Assembly (NCBI GenBank): GCA_946965045.2
Contig: OX337233.1
Coordinates: forward strand, 2,046,001 to 2,110,000
Length of the DNA stretch: 64,000 bases
Direction of reading: 5' to 3'
DNA from: Epithemia pelagica
Lineage: Eukaryota; Protista; Bacillariophyta
Part shown: positions 8,714-21,884 of the stretch, piece after piece
Numbering within the stretch: position 1 is the first letter of the stretch
Layout of the letters: each line of letters opens with the position of its first letter
The notes under the pieces: generated by a model
The model's input: only the letters and a program-made list of their open reading frames with translations
Databases searched by the model: none
What the model was told of the DNA's origin: nothing
Program-made: the position numbers and the translations under genes

Positions 8714-10086
8714 ATGGCATATACCCGACGTCTCTTGATTGGGTTGATCACGTCTCCTGCTGGCCTTTTTCATCGATCCCTCCGACCAGCCACATTGTCA
8801 AAACAGTGGGCACAATCGCATCTACACCATTTCCCGCGGAGTACAACAACCCCTTCGTTCTTTAGTCAGGGATCACTGAAGCGACGATCACACCCGAGCT
8901 CAGCATCCACTTTCCCGTACTACTCAACGAGTACAGCGTTGTTCCAAGCGAAAATGGGAACGTCCTCCAAGAAAAAGGTTTATGCTGTAGCGGTTGGTCG
9001 AAAAACTGGAATCTTTGACACATGGGATGAGTGTAACGCGCAGGTGAGTTAATTAAATATCCTTGATGACCTCCTGTCATCTACGAATATGTGGATTCAC
9101 TCTATGTGGTGTTGATGTACCTCATTTCATTGCAGGTTAAGGGCTTTTCGGGAGCAAAGTACAAATCCTTCCCTAAAAAGGAAGAGGCCCAGGCTTTCAT
9201 TGATCAAAATTCGGCATCCTCCAGTCAACCAGCAAAGAATGGATCGAAGAAACGAAGAGCAGATGACAAGGACGAAAGTCCACTGGAAGACACCAATGGT
9301 CGTAAACGTCGTCGGCACCTTCCGACTCCAACCAAAATCGTTCACGTCAAAATCCATGTCATGTTTGATGGTGGTTCCAGAGGCAATCCAGGAAAAGCGG
9401 GAGCAGGAGCGATTGTCACGTCTATGGAAACGCCTTTACAATCTATCATCAAGTCAGAGACAGCGGGGACACCACCAAAACCCGAGGTTGCCACAAAAGA
9501 ATGGCAAAATAGATACGTGACCAAAATTAGAGACTACCTGGGTGACAGTGGAACAAACAATCAAGCCGAATATCAAGGCCTCTGTACTGGCTTGAAACAG
9601 GCAATTGACGATCTACATCGTGTTGTCCAGAGCTACGACTCGTCATCATCCGATGATCACGTCATACACTTTGATGTAGAATGTATCGTGGAAGGGGATT
9701 CGGAGCTCATCATACGTCAGATCACTGGAGAGTATAAATGCAACGATAAACTGAAGCCGTTTCTCAAACGGGCTAAGAGATACGAGGAAATGATGAAGAC
9801 GATGTTGACCACTAACGAGAACAGACAAGGTTCGGTGGACATTGTGTTTCAACATGTGGAGCGAGCCCGAAACTCCATTGCAGATGGTATGTGTCTTCTC
9901 TTTTGATAGAGCTGGGCATGATCCTTTGACTCATCCCTTTTCTACGTCGGTTTACTGTTACCTGTTCTTATTCTTTACTTTCTTTGGATCGAGACAGGAC
10001 TAGCCAATGAAGCAATGAGCGCACGAAGAAGTTGGTCTACCGTTACTGTGGACGGAGAGGAACTAAATGAGCGCAATGATGCCTGA
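8714..10086 (+). CDS. Ribonuclease H (viroplasmin/hybrid-binding N-domain plus RNase HI-like domain), 3 exons, with putative organellar presequence
   Basis: VYAVAVGRKTGIFDTWDECNAQ|VKGFSGAKYKSF; FDGGSRGNPG, TNNQAEYQGL, EGDSELIIRQ, RNSIADGLANEAM. Introns at about 9043-9135 and 9888-9996. A second in-frame ATG lies at 8954. Confidence 0.9.
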
Positions 10087-10518
10087 AAGACCAGACATCG
10101 GTATTAGAAGCATACGGCATTGAAAATCATCGATGACCGACATGCTTCGACTGGTCCTAAACGCTACTTTGTGCAAATGTGAGAGCTCCTGTGTCTCATC
10201 AGGAAACCTTTTAGTTGCGGCTAGTAGCAGATTATGTCGTGGCTGTACATGTTATGCTAGGCTGGTGTTACCCAGGATGGTTGCAAATGATTCATTCAGA
10301 TGCCCTCGCTTTCCCCCGAGCACATGTGACATGAAAGCAAACCCATCCGCACCAGGCAACATAAAAATGAAATAATTTCTTACACAAGATAGCAAAAGAG
10401 AGTTGAAAAGAAGAATAGGCAGAGCGATAAAAACATTGGGTACACAAACAACAGATGTAACGATGCAAGTTCAATGTCCAATAGTTCTTTCAATGTGTAG
10501 CAACAAAAGCAGAACGGC

Positions 10519-12530
10519 TTAGTTCCTCTGTGTAGCGGAAAGGCAGGGAGGTGCGATATCTCCTCCTTGGGACAAGAGCAACAACAAATTGGCAGCCGAG
10601 TTTTCTGTCTTGAGAGGTCTTGTTTTGGGTGCCGGTGCTTGGGCGGCACAACAAGGAGTTTCTTCGTCGGACTCGGACACCACACCCACACTATGGTTAG
10701 ATGACGAAATGCTCGTAGCATCACATGCATTGGCGACACCCTTTCCATCGGTAGTAGACGCTGTGTTCTTGGTGCAACAGGACTCTTCCACTTGCATGAC
10801 GACAACGTCCTGTGGATCATTGTTCGTTGATCGGGATTGCTGTTCCTGCGGCTGAGCTTCCGTAACTGGCTCTTGGTTTTGGTGTTGTGGGACCGAAATA
10901 ACCATTGGAGCTACGGCAACAGTAGTGCTCTGTTCTACGGGAGCGATCGAGCATGTCGCCGTGGCCTTCTTCACCTCAAGGGGTTCCACTTGCATCTTCT
11001 CAGTCGGAATCTTTGGTGACGAAGACACTGCAACTTCACTTGACGGCTTGCCTTTGGAGGTTCCAGTAGGCGTTACCACAACAGGTGGTTGTGCCACAAC
11101 ACCCGTAGTATCAGAACCATTGTTGTTGCCGACAAAGTTGAGCAACGACTGGATTTGTTGTCGCTGCAAGAGACTTGTAGAAACTTGAAGATCTTCTTCC
11201 ACAGTATTCAACGCCATGACTTTGCGTTGTCTTCGGCCTTCTACGGTTTTGTGATCTTCATTGGGTTCGACACGACGCAGTGTCAAAATAAGACTCAAGT
11301 CATCGGGATCGACCCCTCCGTCTTCCGCATTGCCGTGCACGGCAGCCGCCACCTCTTGATGGACCCACAATGCGGTGGTGGTAGCGGCGGCTGTATTGGA
11401 AAAGCTCCGGACATGGACAAAGCCATAATAGTTGAGCTGTCGACGAAAGGTCTTGAAGTTGCGAGTATTAAAAAACTTGGGCAGTATATGCTTGGCAAAG
11501 GTGGCCGTGGAGTGCAAGACCAATAGTCCTCGGCGCCATTCTACGACTCCCTTATCCTTCTCGGACTTGACCATATCGTACAAACGTCGGACAAACTTGT
11601 TGAGACGAAAAATGGTAGCCGTATTGCTGCTGGAAGTGTTGGACACTGCAGTGTTGCCACCGCCAGCTAGTATGGAGAGTGCTTCTGAAGACTGTCCTTG
11701 ACAGAGGGATGCTCTCCTATTATCATTCGTAGTCGTGGAGGATGAGTTATCTAAGAATGATAAAAAGGCATAGAGAGCGAAAGTGTGAGTATATGACCTC
11801 ACTGACAACACACCAAGAAATCGAGTTTGATCTTACCTGTCCCGTCAGATGAGATTTTTTCCTTTTGCTTGCTCGCCGCTTCTTTGGTGATTCTCATGGC
11901 TTCTTTGGCAATTTCTTCAACACTCAAGTTTGCTACCTCGGCCCCAATGGGAAATGAGATGGAAGATAGATTGGGTGTGGGTAGAGTCATGGAGGGCGTA
12001 GTGGTAAGAGGAGGAGAAGACGTAGAACCAAGAGGAGGCAGCGCATTGGTCCTTGTAGTGCAGGGTGTCATGAGGGAGGCTGGAGTAGTAGTGGGTGGGG
12101 GCATGGATGAGCTTGATGGTGCCAGAATGGGGGATGCTGCTGAAGTGTTGAGAGATGAGAGTTTTGCAGTCAATGAAGAGGAGGAGGAGTGATTTGTATC
12201 CGTGGATGATGACAAGAGCGGCACAAGTTGTTGTGCTTGGGCATGAAGTGAGGACGCCAGCGCACTGGCTGCCGCTGTGGATGGAGGATGGGGTGCCAAG
12301 GATGCATTGGGCATGGTGAGACTAAGAATGGAGCTATGTACTTGAGCCAGGGTGGAAGCAGAACGTTGCAACAGCTCAAAAAGGTGAGGATCCAGAACAG
12401 CAGGTGGCTGCGGTGGTTGTGGATGTGGATGAGATTGTGAGTCGAGGAAAGCATGATGATGAGGATGATGGTGTAACATGGGCGTTCCATGTTCCGCTGG
12501 CTTGATGGGAAGATGGTCGGATGACATCAT
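10519..12530 (-). CDS. Heat shock factor (HSF)-type transcription factor, 2 exons
   Basis: KFVRRLYDMV...ILPKFFNTRNFKTFRRQLNYYGF HSF DNA-binding domain. A GTAAGA...TTAG intron at about 11752-11836 joins a His/Pro/Ser-rich first exon. Confidence 0.88.
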
Positions 12531-13540
12531 AGATACCTTCAGGACTCTTTGCTTCGGTCGTTATGAAACAAATGCTTCCAAGCAAAGAAGAAACAAGCAG
12601 GTGCACTTTGATTTCAACCTGTCAAGGTTGCTTTGATGGAAAAAATGGCGAGGTATCGAACAGAATGGGCAGTTTGATGCCTCGTTGGAATACCAATGCT
12701 GCTAGTTTCTGATGGGCCCCTCGTTGGTTGGCTTTTGAGGTCTGTAGAGACCGAATACACGGTCCCTGCACTCTAGACTTTGAATGTGGGAAGGCCACAA
12801 GGCGCAAAACGAAGTGGCCAACCATGAAGGGGGAAGGTCCGAACCGAGAAGACTTGACACTCGAGAACAACATCCGATTTCGTATTTCGTGAGCACGATC
12901 TTCGATTTTTCGCCTCCAAGTTGTCAGGGAATGTCTGATGACTGTCGCATTGCCAGACACTTCGCCAGCATGGCGAACATATGCACTCCCAAGCGCTTGG
13001 AAATCGATATGTTTGAGATAGGTAGCGACAACTCTACGTAAAAAGCATCTGTCAACGCTGCCGAATTTAGAACGGATCGACGTGGTGTACTGAAAGGTTC
13101 AGTGCAAACGACGTTGAACCTGTGATTGCCTTCTGTCATCAACAAAGAACGATTGGGTAAGAAGTCAAGTGTGAGTGGAGTACAACCGAAACCATTCAGA
13201 CACAAAGATACAGGAGGTGATGAAGTTCCCTCACGCAAGCGAACTTGCGACGGCACCCAGCATACGTCACAGCGTTTCGATCGGTGTCAAGCGTTCACAT
13301 GGCAGCCACATAATTGTGATGGCCCAACTACCGATCGGTAATCAGGAAATCTGGGAAAGATGCAAATTCAAGGACATAAACCACGACTGAAGCGCGAATC
13401 AAAAGCGTCTTGAAGTTGCATTTGGTTCCAGTTTTTCGTCGATGTTCATTTTTTTCTCCTCCTCCAGACCATGCTTTGCACCGTTTTGTTACAACGGATC
13501 ATTTCGAGATTAGAGAAGCAAGGATCGTAAACAACCAGCA

Positions 13541-14491
13541 ATGATTGCGACAACTGGAGGTCGGTTATTAGCTAGGCCGGACGTGACGAAACGCACTTCC
13601 TTGACCAATGCCATTTCGACGATGGCAAGCCGCCAATTGTGGATGTGCAGTCGTACGTTTGGTCACGACGACGACCACAATAAGGACGGCTCAAGAAACT
13701 ACGATCGTATCATGGAATTTTCTCTGGACGGTTCAAGGAGATATTATTCCGAGATTGCAGCTGCTCTGGCTCACCCGAGCAACAACGTCATGGGTTTGGG
13801 ATGTGGTTGGACGTGTGGTTGCACCTCGTGTTCCAGAACCACCTTGTCGCGGAAATCCACGTTTGGAATGGAACAACAAAGGCGATTTGCATCTAGTGGT
13901 GATTCGCCTCGTGATTCTTCTACTGGACCAAGTGGTGGGACAGAAGCAGTGTCCTCTTCTCCAATGGCAAGGGAGGAGGAGGAGGAGGAAGCATCGGCCA
14001 CCAGCAGCAAGGAGGAAGAATCGCCTACTACTATTGGAGATGGAGGAGGCTTGACGGACCTTCCAGGCACTCGCGTCAAACATTCAGGGCGTCAATTGGC
14101 CATTGTTTTCACCTGCACTGTTTGCAATACACGGAGTGCCAAGCAATTTACCGAAAATGCCTATCGCAATGGCGTGGTGTTGGTCCGTTGTCCGGGTTGT
14201 CAAAATTTACATCTCATTGCGGATCGTCTGGGGTGGTTCGATGATATGGATGGCAAAACCTTTGACATTGAAACCTATCTTGCCGAACAACAACAACAAC
14301 AACAAGCCAAGGGCGGGGGCACTGATAGCCAAGCCCCAAACCGCATCCCGATTCGAGATGGGTTTCGCACAGTGACCAACGACAATGTGACAGAAATCAC
14401 AATGGAGGAATGGATTGGATCCGATAAAATGAATCAAGTCATGGGTCAAACGACCAATAGCTCCAATTCGGATGAGTCGGTTCCTCGATAA
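13541..14491 (+). CDS. DNL-type zinc-finger protein (Zim17/Tim15/Hep1 family), mitochondrial
   Basis: [46 protein letters not shown], with an Arg/Ser/Thr-rich presequence. Confidence 0.92.
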   Translation: MIATTGGRLLARPDVTKRTSLTNAISTMASRQLWMCSRTFGHDDDHNKDGSRNYDRIMEFSLDGSRRYYSEIAAALAHPSNNVMGLGCGWTCGCTSCSRTTLSRKSTFGMEQQRRFASSGDSPRDSSTGPSGGTEAVSSSPMAREEEEEEASATSSKEEESPTTIGDGGGLTDLPGTRVKHSGRQLAIVFTCTVCNTRSAKQFTENAYRNGVVLVRCPGCQNLHLIADRLGWFDDMDGKTFDIETYLAEQQQQQQAKGGGTDSQAPNRIPIRDGFRTVTNDNVTEITMEEWIGSDKMNQVMGQTTNSSNSDESVPR

Positions 14492-14840
14492 CACCACATG
14501 GATGAAATCACCCAACCTTGGAAAGGCGACTTGTAGGTACCAATTTACCAATGTCGAACGAATTAATTTCTTTTCCGAATGTACATAATAACAGCCTCGA
14601 CATGAAATAGTGCGGAGGTGATAGAACGATGAAAACGCCAGGCCATGCCATTCTTGCAATATCTATTGTTCATTTCCCATGCAATAGCTTTGCTGCTAAT
14701 ACTTGCGCGCTATGTTACGATAGCTGTAAGCCAATCACTATCTACATTGCTCACGTCCAAACGAGGCTGGGAGGCGTTTCGAGTCACACCACCACACAAC
14801 TCTTGTCCAGTAGTCTTGTCGTCGTCGTGTTCCATTCGTT

Positions 14841-15695
14841 TTACTCGAGTGCAAAGGGTTCCACGGGTTTGTCCCACGCATAGCTGGATTCAATGGTGGG
14901 ATCAAGGGCGGACAAAATTTGTCGTTCCGTCTTGGGCGAGGTCAAGGCCGCCAAGACCAAGCGAGCGACATCTTCGCGATGAATCAATCCCAAGAGTGTC
15001 GGATCGGCCGTCAAGACGGCTTGGCCCGTCATGGGTTCACTCTTGAGGCCCCCCGGACGAATAATGGTCCAGTTGGAATTGGTGTAATACTTGATGAGCA
15101 AGTTTTCTGCCCTATTCTTGGCTTCAATGAGTTCCTTGAGAACTTCGTAGGTCGAATCGGGTGTGGCGACCCGACTGCTGCCACAGCCAATCGTGGTCAC
15201 CAACACGATGCGGGTCACCCCCAAAATACCAGCCGATTCAATGACATTGGAGTTGCCGGTATAATCGATGCGTCGATCGGCCGTACTTCCACCCAAGGTG
15301 GAAATGGCGGCATCACAGCCATCCATGGCATTTTCGACCGTTTTTTGATCCATGGCATCGCCGACAATGGCCGTAATGGGGGCCGTTTCGGTACTGAGCG
15401 AATTCAAATCCTTGGCCACTTCGGGATCGCGCACCAAGGCGACGACCCCCGTTCCATCGTTTTGAGCCAATATTTGATGGACAATTTGACGTCCGACGCC
15501 CTTGCTCCCACCCGCCACAAAAATCTTTTGGTAGGCCGCCGCCTGTAATTGCGTCGTGCTTGGGGACGCCGACCTTGTCGTCGTGGTTGTGGCTTGTCTG
15601 GCACCCCAACCAGGTGTCACAAAGGCCGCACTGGCAGTAAACTGCAAAAAGAGGAGACAGGCTGGAAGAAACAACTGCATCATTCGTATAGACAT
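14841..15695 (-). CDS. Plastid-targeted NAD(P)-binding Rossmann-fold protein (atypical SDR)
   Basis: Signal peptide then ASA-AF transit start; IFVAGGSKGVGR, NVIESA, WTIIRPGGL, IHREDVA. Confidence 0.88.
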   Translation of the reverse strand: MSIRMMQLFLPACLLFLQFTASAAFVTPGWGARQATTTTTRSASPSTTQLQAAAYQKIFVAGGSKGVGRQIVHQILAQNDGTGVVALVRDPEVAKDLNSLSTETAPITAIVGDAMDQKTVENAMDGCDAAISTLGGSTADRRIDYTGNSNVIESAGILGVTRIVLVTTIGCGSSRVATPDSTYEVLKELIEAKNRAENLLIKYYTNSNWTIIRPGGLKSEPMTGQAVLTADPTLLGLIHREDVARLVLAALTSPKTERQILSALDPTIESSYAWDKPVEPFALE

Positions 15696-16167
15696 TCAAA
15701 GCGACCACAAATGGAAGAGTCCGATGACAAGAATGGAGAAACGAAGAGGACGACGAGATCCAACATCCAACATCAACTTGCGCGTGGGGTACGTGTTCGT
15801 GAGGATTGATGCGACTGGAAGTCCTTATAAGCGACTGATACTCTGTATGTCCGTCGCACCTCCGCAGACTCGCACGCGGATGGTGTGTACCAGCGCGATG
15901 ACGTGCATCTGGGGGTATCTTTTCGATCATTTCTGTATCTTTTCCATCTTTCATCGGCAGTAGTGGCATTGGTCCTATGGTCTTTGTTATTGGGACCGCT
16001 CGGCCACCAGAAAACATCAGATACGAGTATACACAAAGCCAACATGAGTAACAGCTGCAACAGGATTGCGTTTACTATGCGTTGCTACAAGAAGAATGAC
16101 GACGATTTGTCATTCTTTGGGTTCCGTGTGGGGTTTGGATCCGACCCGACCGTAATGCAGATTCGTT

Positions 16168-18158
16168 TTAATAGGAAAAGACTTCGTGATGAACATCGAG
16201 GGACACTCCTCCGCACAACCCGGTACTACTACTGGAACGACGACACTCGTGTCGAACCGAATCCACCAAGGATGGAGGACCACACGTCAGGACCGCCACA
16301 CGACCAATGCCTTGCTCTTGTGCCGTGGCCACGATTTGTTGTACCAAGTGAGACAGGTCGGGACGACCCCGCTGGACCAAACCCGGCCATGTCGTCTCGA
16401 GGGTATCGGCCAGTGCCGTTTGATTCGGATCTTTGTTCTTGGTCCAATACACTTGAGGAATGTACTTTGGGATCGTCGTTTTGTTGTTATTGTTCAGGAT
16501 GCTAGAAGGAATGCCTTCGTCCATGTCCAGGACGTGTTCATGGTCCTCCATCGCTGTTTCGTGTGTCATGGAAGTGGTTGACATGCTTCCATCCGTCACA
16601 ACAGTCGGATAGTCGTGCACCAAACGGAGATCTCGCACCACCCACACAAAGCGCATCTGTACCAACGGACAAGGACGACGACCCTCTTTGGATTCGGACA
16701 AGACTTGTCGGGCAATGCTTTGGCACGGCTGCGTCCAACCCAATCCCAATCATTCACCACAACACAAAACGAAGAAATCATTATGATCCACAAGACACAT
16801 ATTGGGTGAGCAACACGTTCTCCTGCAGCACGCCGACGACGACGAGGACACCACGTGCATGACAAATGCGCCAGCAGCGGCGGAGGACTTACCGTGACAC
16901 CAATTCCGCCGGCAATACACACAATCATGGAGTACTGATCCAAATCCATGGACAAGTGGCCATAGGGACCATCCACCAACACACTCACCTCCTCTTGAGG
17001 AGGAGGATGATTGTCATTCTTCTTGTTGGTCCGATCCACCAAGGCCTGCGACCAGCCACCACACGCCTTGATGTGGAGCGTGGCACACGAAGCATCATCA
17101 CAGGGCGACGACGAAATGGAAATGGGATGGGAGGAAAACTCGGTCATTCCCACGGCCGGAATGGCAATGCGCACGTATTGACCCGCCTGATAGGGAGGAA
17201 AGGACGTGAATTGAATCTTGACCACGTCGTTGGTGCAGTTGGTCAAGGTCGCCGTGGCCGGAAATTGACCACGAGCCTGCCAAAGATACCGCAAACAACC
17301 ATCCATGATCCACCAAACCAAGGGGAGAACCAGCAAGGTGGCGTCGTGCAGGTATCCAAACAACAAGGTTCCCATGGCAAAGGCAATGTGCGAACACAAC
17401 CAGGGTTCGTACAAGTACTGACGCACCACACGTAAAAAGGACAACAAGACGAGGCCGACCATGCACGCCGTGGCCATGGATCCCGTAAAGTTGGTAGTGC
17501 CATCCCACAAAAATTTCCACAACTGGGGGTCTGGACCGTAGAGACCATATCGACTTTCCGCATCGTCGCTGGATAAATGACGACGTTGTCGGTCGTCTTT
17601 GCTCCCACCTTCATTGTCGTCGTCGTCTTCATCGCCAGACACATAGGCCACGTGGAGATGAAAGACCGAGGTAATCAGGGCGAGACACGCGTAGAGATTG
17701 TGAATGGGAACCAACCGTTCATAACTAATCCCCAACAAAATGTGGAAGATCGAGTTGGACTTGTTGGCCGTCAAAAAGGCTGCCACAATGGCATATTCGG
17801 CAATCTTGCCGCTTCCATCCGTGCTGGGATCACTCCCCAAGGACTTGTGGTAACTGGCCAGAAAGATGAAAAGCCAGGGAAGGAGCAACAACACATGACC
17901 AACTGTAATGTACGGGACATGCTTTAGGTAGGGCAAGGGGATCACGGGGACAAGAGATGGAAGCAGTGTGACTTGCATCGGACGAGCGAACCAATAACGG
18001 AATCGGAGAATGGTGCGAAGGAGTGGCTGCGTCCAAGGATCGGCCTTTACGGTCGAGGACGAACGAACTGGTTCGTCATGGAATTCAAAAGGGCGGATGG
18101 TCGTTGCTTCAGACTCGGTGTGGTACGTAGAAGGTACCTGCTTCATGGTCGTTATCAT
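16168..18158 (-). CDS. Ferric reductase / NOX-family flavocytochrome, 2 exons
   Basis: Heme His pairs (PIHN...FHLH; SHI...YLH), FAD motif HPISISS, VDGPYG, IAGGIGVT|P, and C-terminal FVWVVRD and HEVF. The 5' end is uncertain. Confidence 0.88.
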
Positions 18159-18959
18159 TCTCGTCAAAAGCAGGGGCTGGAGTCGCTGTGTGAGTGGTAT
18201 GATTGTTGTCCGCCTGAATTATTATTTGTGAGACGGTTGTGGATTTCGCCCACATTGCATCGCGTCCTTTTGGTTCGTGGTTGTGCGAAAGATTTAGCCG
18301 TCCATATGATGTCTTAGGGTTCTTCACAAGACTAAAACCCGGATATTGGCCGGGGTCCCACACGGTTTCGGGTCGCATGACCATGAGAGACGTCGTCTAT
18401 CTCTATCCTCCAGTTCGCCTCTTACCTCTAGATAGAGCAATATCACATCTCCTCATCTAGAGAAGTACGAAAAACGCTAGAGGTACAAGCAAGAGCAATC
18501 ATGTTGTGTGATGCACATCCATAGGGTTTCGAGTTTCAAGACGCACCATTCTGGATGAAAGGTGGTGACTCTTGAATGAGGCTTGAATGAAAAGAAATAT
18601 CGAAAAATTCTCGTGCAAGTTAATGGTTTTTATGAAGAAAAGACTAAGAAACTTCCATGCCAAACCAGAGAGGTGTCATGCCGCTGCGAGACAGCATCAG
18701 GCTGTTGGCGGAACCTCGAGTCTTCGAAGGAGGGAGAAGACGAAAACAAGCACATGGATCCTCCATCCATCCATCCACCCAAACTATTTCCAACCACCAT
18801 GAAAACACTGACACACACACAAACATAGACACATTCTTTGGACACTTTAAAAGATGCAATTTGGGTGGTTGCGTGGCACCGACGACCCTCTCTTGAACTC
18901 GTTGGATGGGACGTCACGCCCAACATCGTTTCTCACTTTTAAAACAAGAGCTTTCTTTT

Positions 18960-20393
18960 TTAAAACAAGAGCAAACACAAGACCACAAAGGAGGCTAGCA
19001 TGAGCAAAATGCGTGACAAGAATTCTGTAGCATGACCATTGTGGGTCAAGGAATCTTGTTGTTGTTGTTGATGATGATGCCGCAAGAGGGCTTCGGCCGC
19101 GGCATTGCCATACCCTTCGGGTCGATGCAATCGAGGAATGGCAAGAGTAGAGGCCGCGGCGGCCGCCGCTTGCGCTGTACTGGCGGTGCTCGCGGTTGGT
19201 CGCAAGGCCCGATGCAAGCTCAAGGCCAATCCTTGACTCAAGGCCAGTGTACGATTCAGAGTGGTCGATGTAGGATTGTTGTTGTTGTTGTTTTGGAGAT
19301 GAGCTGCTTGTTGTTGTTGTTGTTGTTGCAAAATTCCCACGGCATTTTCGGATAGCGATCGTGGTCGATGAGGAGAGGGTACCGTAAAGGCTGTTGTGGT
19401 GGACGATGAAACTGTACTGGCCATGGGAATGGGCGGTGGTGGCCGTGCCGATTCGTCCGCTAATATGGAAGAAGAGGAGGTTTGTTGACGACGCAAGTAT
19501 TGTCGTTGTCGCTCTTGCAGTGCCGAGAGCGCAGCGGCGGGTGGTGGCGGTGCGGGGGTGGTCGAGTTAGTGGTGCGAGAGGAGAAAGCCCGATTCGCCG
19601 CAGCGGCAGCAACTCCACTTGGTTCGCCCGTGTGATTCGAAGCTTCGGAATTTATGGGTGGAACCGTTGCTCCTTCATCCTCTCTTTGAGTGATTTCACC
19701 CGATGTTTCAAGAGACATTGTTGTCGTAGTTAATTCTGGAATTAGCTCTTGATCATCGTCCTCCTCTTCTTCCTCTTCCTCCTCCTCTTGCTCTGTAGCA
19801 ATGGTGGAGGAAGAGCTGTGTTTATCATCTTCTGTTTCCTCCACAACTTGTCGTTGTTGTTGTTGTGGCTCTGCTGCTGGTGATTCTTCCATCCGATTGG
19901 TCGATGCTGCAAATGGAGGTTGTTGTTGCGCATGAGAGGATCCCTGCTGTTGATGATGATGATGAAGAGGAGGAACGTTGCAAGGAAGGGTTGTTGCTGA
20001 TTCTGATTCCACCAAGTTGGGCAAGGAAGCTGGTTTGCCTTCCTGTGATTTGATGGGTGCAGTCGAATGGTTCGTTGTTGTTGGTGGTGGTGTTGCAGCA
20101 GTAGGACAGGACGCTCGTACATAAATGGGAATGAGATTGGACACCCCACAGGGTGATTTGCAAACGGGGCATTGTCGCTGAGATGCCGTATTGGTAGTAT
20201 TATTATTGCTGTTGTTGTTGTCCATCCAATCGTGGTGACAGGGCACCAATCCGAGCGATTGTCGTTCGGCGGGTGTCATGCCCGGTTCCAGCCATTGAAA
20301 CAAACAAGGCCAACAATACAAGTGGCCACATTGCGTCACCACTGGTTCTTCGGCCGATTCCAAACAAATGTTGCAACTGAATCGTGCGTCCAT
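18960..20393 (-). CDS. C3HC4 RING E3 ligase, RNF5/RNF185/RMA1-like, tail-anchored
   Basis: CNICLESAEEPVVTQCGHLYCWPCLFQWL...CPVCK...LIPIY, with a C-terminal TM segment FLSRILLMLASFVVLCLLLF. Confidence 0.9.
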   Translation of the reverse strand: MDARFSCNICLESAEEPVVTQCGHLYCWPCLFQWLEPGMTPAERQSLGLVPCHHDWMDNNNSNNNTTNTASQRQCPVCKSPCGVSNLIPIYVRASCPTAATPPPTTTNHSTAPIKSQEGKPASLPNLVESESATTLPCNVPPLHHHHQQQGSSHAQQQPPFAASTNRMEESPAAEPQQQQRQVVEETEDDKHSSSSTIATEQEEEEEEEEEDDDQELIPELTTTTMSLETSGEITQREDEGATVPPINSEASNHTGEPSGVAAAAANRAFSSRTTNSTTPAPPPPAAALSALQERQRQYLRRQQTSSSSILADESARPPPPIPMASTVSSSTTTAFTVPSPHRPRSLSENAVGILQQQQQQQAAHLQNNNNNNPTSTTLNRTLALSQGLALSLHRALRPTASTASTAQAAAAAASTLAIPRLHRPEGYGNAAAEALLRHHHQQQQQDSLTHNGHATEFLSRILLMLASFVVLCLLLF

Positions 20394-21884
20394 CCTGAAT
20401 ATTGCTGTTGTTGTTGTTGTTGTTTCGGCACTCAAAACCTTTGACAATCACGTTTGGTCACACAAAGAACGAGAGGAAGATCGACAAGGCCGCCCGAGAG
20501 ACAAAAGTGGGAACACTGGATATGCAGAAACGGTACTTTCGGAGCGCTGCAACAGCGGTGCAAGCGACTTGTTGCGAACCAGGCAACCACAGCCCTGGCT
20601 CGGTTGCTTCCGCCGCAACCAACAAAGGAACTGTTGTTCTTGAACTGCCAACAACAAGAAGAAGACTACTGCGGCCACCTCGGAAAATGGAATATTGAGG
20701 TTGACAGCACTCCTTCTCACTCTGTAATAGACTATTACTAGTTTTGGATTCGGTATCGAATGAGGAATCCTCTAACACGATTGTCCCAAATTTTCAGAGC
20801 GAAGCGGCCATGTCTCCCTCCCTCACTCGAGTCACTTTTGGGGAGTGTTGCCGTAATGTATAGTTGTGATGTATGGTGCGGTGAGAACCGCGAAAGCTTT
20901 CTGGTCACTTTCGTGTCTGTTGATCGTGAGAAACGAAGCCACGAGAAAAGTTCAAGAGTTCCACCACAACAAGCGCAACTTTCTCGCTCTCTCTCTTTAG
21001 ACAGAGTTGAGAGTGCGCGGTGCATGTCTGTGCGTGCGATGTGTAGTTTTGTGGGAACGCCGTCGCGTCTGGCCGCCTCTTCCCTCATTATGCGCAACGC
21101 GGAAACGTACGATTGCCCAACGCCCATGCAGCCCGGCCGTCGCGCCACCCCAGTCTGCCTGCCTGTCCTCTTTCAATCGCTTCACCCCAAAACCCGAGAG
21201 GAGTACCTCTACGGTTCTTTCGAATCGAGCTTCAAGGGCGTTGCAATCATGCGCTTGATGACGACGTCAACAACAACGGCAGCGAAATGATTCGGATTGT
21301 GTCCTGCAGGGACAAAAGAATGGGTTTCTATCGAGTTTCGTGAGAGATTGGCTTGCCCACAGGAAAACAATCGGCTAGCCAACACGAACGACTTTTCGAT
21401 TATGGAAATACTTTAGCTGACAGAGACGACCCTTCAAGAAACGTTTGGTGGGCACGGAAAATGTCTCGATGGGGTCTCCGCCGGAATCTTTTGTAGTTGG
21501 ATCTTGGAACATCCCCAATGCAAATTCAAGTGCAACCACCGCTCCATGTTGTTTCCAATCCCATCCTTCTAGTGGCCGTCATTTGTACAGAAGGCACGGA
21601 AGGGAAACAGCATCGTTATGGTCGAGTTTGTGGAGTACTTCCGGGGGAAATCCCAATAGATAGGAGTATATGGGTATGGGTAGACGGCATTCTACTTAGA
21701 CAACTATAGAATAGAACATATTTCAATCCCGAAAATCAAACAGGACTGAATGCAAAGGCGAGTGACGTCATCTTTCATCTTTCTTCTCATTTTTGGCGTC
21801 AACCACCATGAATGCCGATGACATCGTGAAAAGTAATCTTACATTTACATGGCTCGACGACAGAACAGCAAAAGCAGAATCAAC

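Noticed and set aside
12622-13400. Short ORFs and weak inverted repeats between HSF and the DNL gene
   Set aside because: No coherent coding signal, TIR/TSD pair or RNA-gene motif.
20448-21800. Several 80-176 aa ORFs between the RING gene and the lumen-protein gene
   Set aside because: They overlap on both strands, have no motifs and are consistent with chance ORFs in a divergent promoter region.
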